Part shown: piece after piece, positions 1 to 8,077 of the stretch
How the letters are laid out: every line of letters starts with the position of its first letter
Numbering within the stretch: position 1 is the first letter of the stretch
Assembly: GCA_963749915.1 (NCBI GenBank)
Contig: CAVVOP010000020.1
Span: forward strand, 1-64,000
Direction of reading: 5' to 3'
Origin: an uncultured cyanobacterium
Lineage (GTDB): Bacteria; Cyanobacteriota; Cyanobacteriia; Cyanobacteriales; Cyanobacteriaceae
Length of the DNA: 64,000 nt
Program-made: the position numbers and the translations under genes
Notes under the pieces: model-generated
Database searches by the model: none
Seen by the model: only the letters and a program-made list of their open reading frames with translations
What the model was told of the DNA's origin: nothing

Positions 1-133
1 TTGATATTGATAATCTTTGAGAGCGATCGCTAAGGAAGCTGAAACGGGCGTGCCGACTTATTAAAACTCCCGTCTCATAATTGGTATAAGATAAAATATC
101 GGCTGTTTATCCAGAAAGAGAATTATTTTAGCT

Positions 134-730
134 ATGATTAAGGTGAAATTCAGGCAGACTGGAGTTATTATTGTCTTAGTCATCCTTCTTACAGTCATGG
201 TTAGCCCCTGCAGGGCATTGCTGAATTCCTTATCTCAATTGCCCGAAATCGAGGAATCCTTTCAAACCATTCAAAACCCCTCTCCAACGGAGCAAGATAG
301 ACCTCTTGACGTTGAACAAAAATCTCAAGTCCCTCAAGAGGAAGCATTCCCGGTGATGCTTGACGGAGAAATCCTCTTTACTGTACTCCGTGCCAGGGGA
401 ATTTCCGCCGAGGACCGAGCCGAACAAACCTCACAACGGATTGAAACCATTGCCCAGGAGTGGAAAATTCCAGTGGATTCTCTGCAAATTCTTTCCCTGG
501 GTGAATCGCAAGTCCTTTATGCTCAGGTAGATAACACTGCCCCCATCTCTATTATCTTGTTGCAACAATCGGATGCAGAATTCTCTGGTCAATCCTTAAA
601 CAAACTGGCGGAAAGATATCTGATTATTCTTAAAGACGCTATCTCTCAATACCGTCAATCCCGAAGTTTAAGAAACCGGAGTTTAGCTATTCTCGGTCGT
701 GAAACAAAAATCTGTGGGATTAGAGTATGA
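134..730 (+). pseudogene. Truncated mechanosensitive channel (MscS-family) gene, N-terminal periplasmic part only
   Basis: Signal peptide, then FPVMLDGEILF...SAEDRAEQTSQRIE...AISQYRQSRS, typical of the N-terminal domain of long cyanobacterial MscS proteins. The frame runs into the inverted repeat at 695 and stops before any channel domain. Confidence 0.6.
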
Positions 731-755
731 TAGAAAAGTAGTATTCTATTTGCCG

Positions 756-1175
756 ATGCCACAGTTTCAATATATAGTGATAGTTGGTTGTGGTCGCTTA
801 GGCTCACTTCTAGCATTGACTTTAAGCCGTCAGGGTAGTAATGTGGTTATTATCGATCGCGAGGAATCTACCTTTGACCTTCTCTCTATGGATTTTACTG
901 GTTTTCAGATTCTCGGTGATGCGGCCGAGTTAGCAGTGCTACGGGAAGCTAAAATAAGTAAAGCAGATTGTTTACTAGCGGTCACGGGGAATGACAATCT
1001 CAATCTAATGGTGGCGCAAATAGCCAAGATCTTGTTTGCTGTGCCCACTGTCTTAGTACGGGTATTCGACCCCCAACGGGAAGAACTTTATCGAGATTTA
1101 GGTCTAGTAACCATTAGTCCTACCAAGCTTGCAACTGAGGTATTTCTCCAGACTCTTAAAAAGCAAAACCAATGA
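756..1175 (+). CDS. trkA: TrkA-family K+ uptake regulatory subunit, RCK-N domain only (likely start ATG 756)
   Basis: YIVIVGCGRLG Rossmann motif, GDAAE, ADCLLAVTGNDNLN; about 139 aa with no RCK-C domain. Confidence 0.85.
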   Translation: MPQFQYIVIVGCGRLGSLLALTLSRQGSNVVIIDREESTFDLLSMDFTGFQILGDAAELAVLREAKISKADCLLAVTGNDNLNLMVAQIAKILFAVPTVLVRVFDPQREELYRDLGLVTISPTKLATEVFLQTLKKQNQ

Positions 1176-1840
1176 AAATTATACTTATTGGTCAGGGAAA
1201 ACTATTATATTTTCTGGCAAAGCAGTTTCTTAGCAAAGGTTACGACTTGACAATTATTAATCAGGATCTCCCTGAGGCTACAGCTCTTTCCCGGCAACTC
1301 AAAGCAACAGTCATAAAAGGAGATGGCAGTAATCTTCCCTTACTTAAAGAAGCAGGGGCTTATCAAGCTGATGTGCTTTTATCTTTAACTTCTCAAGATG
1401 AAGATAATCTGGTAGCTTGCCAGATAGCGAAAAAACTTTACGGTGTTCCCCGTACCATTGCTTTAGTGAATGACCCCGAACACCAGCAGGTCTTTGAGCA
1501 ACTAGGTATTACTGTGGCTTTCTCTCCCATCAAACTCCTTGTCAACTTGCTCGAACAGCAGACAGATTTTGAACAGATCAAAAACCTTATTCCTGTGGCT
1601 GAAGGTAAGGTGAGCGTTGCTGAAATCGCACTCCCTCGAAATAGCCCGGCTGTGGGGAAAACTCTGGCAGAGTTGGATCTGCCTCGAGGAAGCTTAATCG
1701 GCTGTATTCTGCGTGGGGGGCAAGTAATCGTACCCTCTGGAGAGAGTCGCTTACTGATAGCAGACCGCCTGATTCTGATCTGTCAACCAGAGCATTACAG
1801 TCAGTTTTTACGTATCCTCATTGGGGAAGAATTTGAATAA
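1172..1840 (+). CDS. trkA: TrkA-family K+ uptake regulatory subunit, RCK-N plus RCK-C
   Basis: MKIILIGQGKL, GDGS, DEDNLVAC, and C-terminal SPAVGKTLAELDLPRGSLIGCILRGGQVIVPSG; ATGA overlap with the upstream gene. Confidence 0.85.
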   Translation: MKIILIGQGKLLYFLAKQFLSKGYDLTIINQDLPEATALSRQLKATVIKGDGSNLPLLKEAGAYQADVLLSLTSQDEDNLVACQIAKKLYGVPRTIALVNDPEHQQVFEQLGITVAFSPIKLLVNLLEQQTDFEQIKNLIPVAEGKVSVAEIALPRNSPAVGKTLAELDLPRGSLIGCILRGGQVIVPSGESRLLIADRLILICQPEHYSQFLRILIGEEFE

Positions 1841-1962
1841 CTCCCCCGTTAAACTTATCGCTATAAAAGGAGTCTTCTCAGTATCAGTACATTCAGATAA
1901 CCTTTTGCTTTAAACTTAACTAAAGAATAGAATTAGCAAAATGAGATGCTCCTTAAAATATC

Positions 1963-3444
1963 GTGGCATACCGTCAGTTTCTTTCCCAACGCTATCAAAC
2001 TATCTTCGGTTATACTGGGCTAATTTGTATAATCCTAGGCATTACTATCCTGCTTCCGTTGGTCACTCTCCTTTTCTATCCTGAAGAAATTAAGCTAGCT
2101 TGGGGTTTCTTATTTCCGGGTTTAACCCTAACTCTAACTGGTGTTTTCCTCAGTTTAAAACTTTTTCCCCACACACAACCAGAGGAAGAGAGTTTAAATC
2201 CACAGGAAGGAGCTGTGATTATGGTGTTTAGCTGGCTATTGGCGATCGCTTTTGGAACTTTTCCTTTGCTCACCGTGGGCGGACTTAATTTTACTCAAGC
2301 GGTGTTTGAGTCCACCAGTGGCTGGACTACCACTGGCTTGTCAGTAGTTGATGTTACTCAAGCTTCCCATCTCATTCTGATTTTTAGAAGCTTAACCCAG
2401 TTATTAGGGGGTGCGGGGTTTGCCATTGTTGCTCTGAGTACTATTGGTGGGTTTTCTGGTTCTGGACTCACCGCTGCAGAAGGACGCACTGAGCAGTTAG
2501 TGCCCAATCTACGCCGCTCTGCCAAACTAGTCTTCAGTATCTATACCGGCTATATAGCCCTAGGGATTATGGCTTTGCGGGGGGCCGGAATGGGCTGGTT
2601 TGATGCCTTTAACCATGCCTTTACCGCTCTTTCTACGGGAGGCTTTTCCACCCGTGCTGAGTCGATTGGCTATTGGCACTCTCCAGCAGTGGAAATAGTA
2701 ACTATAGCTCTAATGGTCTGTGGTACTTTGAGTTTTTTGACGAGTTACTTATTACTGAATGGAAAGTTCAAGGCAGTCATTTGCAATGGGGAGGTTAGAC
2801 TGCTAATACGGCTCATACTCTTAGCTGTATTAGTTTTGTTCCTGGGAGTGAGTTTGCCACTTTACCCTTCTTTACAAGCAGCCATAAGAGTTGCGGTCTT
2901 TCAAAGCATTACGGCCGTTTCGACTACAGGTTTTTCGACAGTAGAATATGGTAACTGGAATGATCTGGGCTTGCTAGTTTTAATTCTGTTGATGGTCATT
3001 GGTGGTGGCAGTGGCTCAACAGCAGGTGGCATCAAACAATACCGTATTTATGTTCTTTTCCGAGCTTTGCAGTGGGAAATTCGACGACTACTGTTACCCA
3101 AAAATGCCGTTAGCGAACCAAGTGTTTGGCAGGGGGAGCGTCGCCATTTTCTCAATGATAGTCAAATTCGTTCTATAGCTCTATTTTTCTGCCTGTACCT
3201 GCTAGTCTATGTGCTAGGGAGTCTGATTTTAACTGCTTATGGCTATTCTTTATCGAAGAGCTTATTTGAATATGCTAGTGCTCTAAGTACAGTAGGTCTG
3301 TCTGTAGGCATTACAGCCGCCGATGCTCCTGTGGGGTTGCTGTGGACAGAAATTCTGGGGATGTTTTTCGGTCGCCTCGAATTTTTGCCAGTTTTTGTAG
3401 GCATCAGTCAATTTTTTCGAGATGTTCTGGTTTTTCTGGACTAA
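1963..3444 (+). CDS. trkH: TrkH-family potassium uptake membrane protein
   Basis: Four pore-loop motifs: FESTSGWTTTG, FTALSTGGFS, SITAVSTTGFS, SALSTVGLS; also GSTAGGIK and MFFGRLE; GTG start. Confidence 0.92.
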   Translation: MAYRQFLSQRYQTIFGYTGLICIILGITILLPLVTLLFYPEEIKLAWGFLFPGLTLTLTGVFLSLKLFPHTQPEEESLNPQEGAVIMVFSWLLAIAFGTFPLLTVGGLNFTQAVFESTSGWTTTGLSVVDVTQASHLILIFRSLTQLLGGAGFAIVALSTIGGFSGSGLTAAEGRTEQLVPNLRRSAKLVFSIYTGYIALGIMALRGAGMGWFDAFNHAFTALSTGGFSTRAESIGYWHSPAVEIVTIALMVCGTLSFLTSYLLLNGKFKAVICNGEVRLLIRLILLAVLVLFLGVSLPLYPSLQAAIRVAVFQSITAVSTTGFSTVEYGNWNDLGLLVLILLMVIGGGSGSTAGGIKQYRIYVLFRALQWEIRRLLLPKNAVSEPSVWQGERRHFLNDSQIRSIALFFCLYLLVYVLGSLILTAYGYSLSKSLFEYASALSTVGLSVGITAADAPVGLLWTEILGMFFGRLEFLPVFVGISQFFRDVLVFLD

Positions 3445-3597
3445 CCGGCCTATGGACCTAACTATGAAAGACCACATTTCAGCAGCACTCACTTCTTCTG
3501 TCTCTACTTTTTGTTTCACGACCCTGTTATACTCCTAGGGTTAACGGTGGGCGAATGTCAATATATTGAAACAACTAACTTACTCAGGAAAAATTAT

Positions 3598-4497
3598 ATG
3601 ACTTGGTTATATAGTCTTTGGAAATTTTCTCGACCTCACACTATTATTGGTACAAGTTTAAGTGTTTTTTGTTTATATTTTCTTGCTATTGCTTTTACTA
3701 ATAATCCTATTAATTATTCGAGCTTGATTATAATGGGGGAAACATGGATAACTTGTTTATTTGGAAATGTTTATATTGTGGGGTTGAATCAATTAATAGA
3801 TATTGAAATAGATAAAATAAACAAGCCTGATTTACCTTTGGCATCTGGTAAATTTTCTCAAAAACAAGGACAAATAATTGTTATTATCTCCGGTTTACTA
3901 GCAATAATTTTATCTTCAATTTTTGGAGTGTGGTTATTTGTTACTGTTATTATTAGTCTAATAGTTGGTACTGCTTATTCTCTACCGCCAATTAGATTAA
4001 AAAGATTTCCCTTTTTAGCTAGTTTATGTATTTTTACGGTGAGAGGTGTTGTTGTCAATTTGGGCTTGTTTTTTCACTTCACTCAAAAATTAACGGATCA
4101 CTTTTTAGTTAATATCCCTATTTATGTACTTACTTTGTTTATATTAATTTTTACCATAGCGATCGCTATTTTCAAAGACGTACCAGATATGGAGGGAGAC
4201 AAGCAATATAATATTACTACTTTTACTATTTTATTAGGCAAAAAAACCATATTTAATATAGCTCGTTGGGTGATCACTTTTTGTTATCTAGGAATTATCT
4301 TTAGCGGGTATTTTTTCCGATTATCTGCTAATTATATTATCTTAATTATTGGTCATCTAGGTTTTTTAATATTATTATGGTGGCGATCGCAAAATGTTAA
4401 TTTAGAGGAAAAAAGTGAGATAGCTTCTTTTTATCAATTTATTTGGAAACTCTTTTTCTTAGAATACTTACTCTTTCCTAGTTTATTTTTTATTTAG
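3598..4497 (+). CDS. hpt: Homogentisate phytyltransferase (UbiA family, VTE2/slr1736-like)
   Basis: WKFSRPHTIIGT, NQLIDIEIDKINKPDLPLASG, FKDVPDMEGD, FYQFIWKLFFLEY; likely start ATG 3598. Confidence 0.92.
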   Translation: MTWLYSLWKFSRPHTIIGTSLSVFCLYFLAIAFTNNPINYSSLIIMGETWITCLFGNVYIVGLNQLIDIEIDKINKPDLPLASGKFSQKQGQIIVIISGLLAIILSSIFGVWLFVTVIISLIVGTAYSLPPIRLKRFPFLASLCIFTVRGVVVNLGLFFHFTQKLTDHFLVNIPIYVLTLFILIFTIAIAIFKDVPDMEGDKQYNITTFTILLGKKTIFNIARWVITFCYLGIIFSGYFFRLSANYIILIIGHLGFLILLWWRSQNVNLEEKSEIASFYQFIWKLFFLEYLLFPSLFFI

Positions 4498-4503
4498 AAA
4501 GTT

Positions 4504-5562
4504 ATGATGAATAATTTCCTTCATTTTAAAGAAACCCCTCATAGTGGCTATCATTGGACTGGAAGTAGTGAGAGATTTTTTGAAGGTTGGTATTTTCGAG
4601 TAACCTTACCAGAAATCAGAGAAAATTTTGCTTTTATGTACTCAATTGATGATCCTTATGGTAATAAATATTATAGTGGTGGAGCAGCACAAATTATAGG
4701 TATTAATGAAGAATATTTATGTCGTACTTTTCCTGATGTTAATAAATTTTGGGCGGCTAGAGATTTTTTAGCTTTAACTCATTGGGGAAAAACATCTTTA
4801 GCAAATAAACCAAAAATTTTGGATAGCAAAAAATTCAATAAGTATATTAAAGAAGGTTATCAAACCACAACAACTTTAAATCAAGGTTTTATTCATGATC
4901 CTAGTAATAACAAATATTGTCGTTGGGAATATAAAATTCAACCTATTTACGGTTGGGGAGACGTTAATAAATCATCAAAAGCTACCGCAGGATTATTATC
5001 TTTTTTTCCAATATTTGATCCTGGTTGGCAAGTATTAATGGCCCATGGTTTAGCAACTGGATATATTGACTGGAATGGAAAAATCTATGAGTTTAATGAT
5101 GCACTAGCTTACAGTGAAAAAAATTGGGGTTATTCATTTCCTCAACAATGGTTTTGGATTAATTGTAATAGTTTTAATAATGAAAAAAATTTAGCTTTAA
5201 CTGCCGTGGGTGGAAAAAGAAAAGTGTTATGGTGGTGGGAAGAAATTGCGATGATAGGTATTCATTATCAGGGAAAGTTTTATGAATTTGTGTCCACGAA
5301 GAGTCGGGTTAATTCAGCAATTAATTCTTGGGGAAAATGGAAAATGGAAGCAGAGAATGAGCGGTTTCAGGTAAAATTAATAGGGACAACAAACATCAAA
5401 GGTACTTATGTTAGAGTACCAACAGAAAAAGGCTTAATTTTTGCCTGTAGAGATACATTAAAAGGGAATTTAACCTTAGAATTAAGATCTAAAAATGGAC
5501 ACATTATCCTTAAAGCAAATAGTGATGTTTGTGGTTTAGAAATTGGTGGAGTGGATAATTAA
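4504..5562 (+). CDS. Tocopherol cyclase (VTE1/slr1737-like)
   Basis: TPHSGYHW...RFFEGWYFRVTLPE, YSEKNWG, GLEIGG motifs; directly downstream of hpt. Confidence 0.92.
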   Translation: MMNNFLHFKETPHSGYHWTGSSERFFEGWYFRVTLPEIRENFAFMYSIDDPYGNKYYSGGAAQIIGINEEYLCRTFPDVNKFWAARDFLALTHWGKTSLANKPKILDSKKFNKYIKEGYQTTTTLNQGFIHDPSNNKYCRWEYKIQPIYGWGDVNKSSKATAGLLSFFPIFDPGWQVLMAHGLATGYIDWNGKIYEFNDALAYSEKNWGYSFPQQWFWINCNSFNNEKNLALTAVGGKRKVLWWWEEIAMIGIHYQGKFYEFVSTKSRVNSAINSWGKWKMEAENERFQVKLIGTTNIKGTYVRVPTEKGLIFACRDTLKGNLTLELRSKNGHIILKANSDVCGLEIGGVDN

Positions 5563-5619
5563 GAAAATAAATTAACCTCAGTTCAAATTTTTTTCAATTT
5601 TTTTTCAAGAAATAATTTA

Positions 5620-6759
5620 TTATAGTATTTTTGTTATATTACTTTTGGGGATTTGTTGTTTTTCAATAAGTTCAAACAAAGCTTGAAAATTTCCTTCTCC
5701 AAAACCTTCAGCTTGTTGTCTTCTTTCAATTAATTCAAAAAAGAAAGTAGGTTGGTCAAAAATTGGTTTGGTAAAAATTTGCATTAATAATGATTCTGAA
5801 TTTTCTTGATGGAAATCTACTAAAATTTGTTGTTTTTCAATTTCCTGCCATTCTGATATTGTTAAATCAGGAATTATGCCATTTCTACCATCTTTTTTCA
5901 GTTGAGTATAATAACTATTTGACATGGGTAAAAAATCTAGACCTCGACTACGCATTTGAGCAACAGTCTTAATTATATTAGTTGATTTTAAGGCAATATG
6001 TTGAATACCAGAGCCACCATTAAAATCCAGAAAGTCTTGGATTTGAGAATTAGCTGAAGTAGGTTTATTAATATTAAAATAAAAATTATTATCGGGGGCT
6101 ATTAATGCTTTACTAGATAAGCCAGATTTATCAGTTTTAATATTAAATTGTTGCCATATTTGAAAACCAAATATTCGGCGATAAAATTCAACTGCTTGTG
6201 TTAATTTACTTTTGGCTACATTTAGAACAACATGATCGATACTGTTAAGATAATGATTATTATTAGTAGATAATTGTAATGGATTCTGTTGATAACTATC
6301 TATATTTGTTAACTTGCTATGGTTCTGGGGTTTGAGATGAGGTAGTAAGTAACAAAAAGGAATTTTAGTATTGTTTTCAATTAAAGTATGTTCAAGGGAA
6401 TCCCAACCCCTTATTTTAGCAATTTTGAGTTTTCCTTGTGGGAAAATATAGGTATGAGGATAATTTAATATCTGATTTTCCAAACTCGATAACTTCTTAA
6501 TAATAGCATCAATGCTTTTAACTTCAAATCCCACATCAGCTACACCAGAAGCAAAATGATTGAGGTAATGGTAAACGGGACTCGTAATATTAATAGCAGA
6601 AGAAATTAATAAAAAAATAGAATTGTTATAACTAAGTATTTCGCTATGTGTATGCTCATTAACAATCTGATGAACTGGGTTTAAACCCATTTTTTCTATT
6701 AACAAATCACGAATTTTAATCGCATTTTGCACGTAGAAATGAATATGATCTACTAACAT
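5620..6759 (-). CDS. hppD: 4-hydroxyphenylpyruvate dioxygenase
   Basis: IDHVVLNV, GIQHIAL, LMQIFTKPIFDQPTFFFELIERR, GFGEGNFQALFE. Confidence 0.92.
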   Translation of the reverse strand: MLVDHIHFYVQNAIKIRDLLIEKMGLNPVHQIVNEHTHSEILSYNNSIFLLISSAINITSPVYHYLNHFASGVADVGFEVKSIDAIIKKLSSLENQILNYPHTYIFPQGKLKIAKIRGWDSLEHTLIENNTKIPFCYLLPHLKPQNHSKLTNIDSYQQNPLQLSTNNNHYLNSIDHVVLNVAKSKLTQAVEFYRRIFGFQIWQQFNIKTDKSGLSSKALIAPDNNFYFNINKPTSANSQIQDFLDFNGGSGIQHIALKSTNIIKTVAQMRSRGLDFLPMSNSYYTQLKKDGRNGIIPDLTISEWQEIEKQQILVDFHQENSESLLMQIFTKPIFDQPTFFFELIERRQQAEGFGEGNFQALFELIEKQQIPKSNITKIL

Positions 6760-6978
6760 AAGTAATATCTATTTTCAAATACAATTTGCTTCAAGATTAT
6801 CATTGTGACAAAGCTCACTAATTTTTTGAGAAATTAATATTTTACATGATTTAAAATTGAGGCAATATTTTGCCACAAAACAGGTTATTTAAGTTCAGGA
6901 ATATTCTGATTTATGGTTGATATTAGTTCTTATGTTATATTTTCATTTTGTCCTAACCAACTTGTCTATTGCCATACC

Positions 6979-7827
6979 TTATTTACTAGCACGAATAACT
7001 GCAAATCGAACCAAACCTCGCTTATATCCACTACTCATTAAAGGTAACGCCAAAGCACCGACTATGGTTTGCCAACCCGATGTTAAAAGTCCCGTAATTG
7101 TCTCAAAGTTAAAAGCGGAATCAATTACCACATCCCAAAAAGGGGCTACTGCCATGGACCAATCGTCGGCTTTAACTCCCTTAAAACCACAATTATGGAC
7201 GATTTTTTCATATTCTGGAATAGAAATGACATAGGGTAAGTAATATGCCTGATAAATGTTTTCTAAATGCCTTTTTTCATCATCTGTTAATTCTCCTGCT
7301 AAGGAATTAGTAGAACGATGACACCAAGTTGCCATGATTAATTTGCCACGGGGTTTGAGAACACGATAACATTCCTCTAAAAATTTCTTTTTATCAGGCA
7401 TATGTTCGCCACTTTCTAAAGTCCAGACTAAATCGAATGTATTGTCTTTAAAAGGCATTTCTAGGGCATTAGCACGCAAAAACTGGGCTTTTTCGCTCAA
7501 ATTAGCTTCTTTAGCTCTTTCTTTAGCCCTAGCGACTTGTACCGAAGATAGGGTTATTCCTACAGCATCACAATTAAATTTTTGGGCCAAATATAAAGTG
7601 CTTCCCCCAATGCCACAACCCACGTCAAGAATATTCTGTGCATCACTTACTTTGGCATAAATTAAAAGTTCCTCAATTAAGTCAATTTGAGCTTGACGAC
7701 GATTCATTTTATAGTTACCACTTCTACCATAGTAACCATGGTGCATATGTTCGCCCCAAATCTGTTCCCATAATTCGCTGGAATTATCGTAAAAATTGCC
7801 GATTTGTTGGTAGATTTTATCAGTCAT
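6979..7827 (-). CDS. Gamma-tocopherol methyltransferase (VTE4/slr0089-like)
   Basis: FYDNSSELWEQIWGEHMHHGYY, ILDVGCGIGGS, ESGEHMPDK, ATWCHR; likely start ATG 7827. Confidence 0.88.
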   Translation of the reverse strand: MTDKIYQQIGNFYDNSSELWEQIWGEHMHHGYYGRSGNYKMNRRQAQIDLIEELLIYAKVSDAQNILDVGCGIGGSTLYLAQKFNCDAVGITLSSVQVARAKERAKEANLSEKAQFLRANALEMPFKDNTFDLVWTLESGEHMPDKKKFLEECYRVLKPRGKLIMATWCHRSTNSLAGELTDDEKRHLENIYQAYYLPYVISIPEYEKIVHNCGFKGVKADDWSMAVAPFWDVVIDSAFNFETITGLLTSGWQTIVGALALPLMSSGYKRGLVRFAVIRASK

Positions 7828-8077
7828 AAAGGGATAAATAAAAAAATCAGAGGACAATGATTAATAATAATCGTAACTACCGAGGTGGTCAAATTTTTAG
7901 TATATCTTTCAATATCTCTAACCCAACTTCATTCTCACTTGTTTTTGACTAATCAATGTTTTCAGGAAGAGATCCCATAATCTTAATGGTGGTACTGATT
8001 GTTAATTGTTAATTGTTTTGCTAATGTCTAAAACATAGCCCATTGCGTTAGTTTATAAAGATTAAGTAATAATACTC

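Larger units (their letters stand above)
695..3523. mobile_element. Non-autonomous cassette with IS1-like terminal inverted repeats carrying trkA-trkA-trkH
   Basis: GGTCGTGAAACAAAAA (695-710) and its exact reverse complement TTTTTGTTTCACGACC (3508-3523). An EMWSF InsB-like remnant lies on the minus strand inside the right end. No transposase, and no exact target duplication seen. Confidence 0.7.

Noticed and set aside
686..3534. Target-site duplication for the trk cassette (GCTATTCTC vs GTTATACTC)
   Set aside because: Only 7 of 9 identical and offset 2 bp from the right repeat; not accepted as a target duplication.
3283..3597. Minus ORF 3283-3519 and the upstream extensions of hpt (from 3511) and trkA (from 699)
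   Set aside because: These starts fall inside the terminal inverted repeats; they reflect element ends rather than real N-termini.
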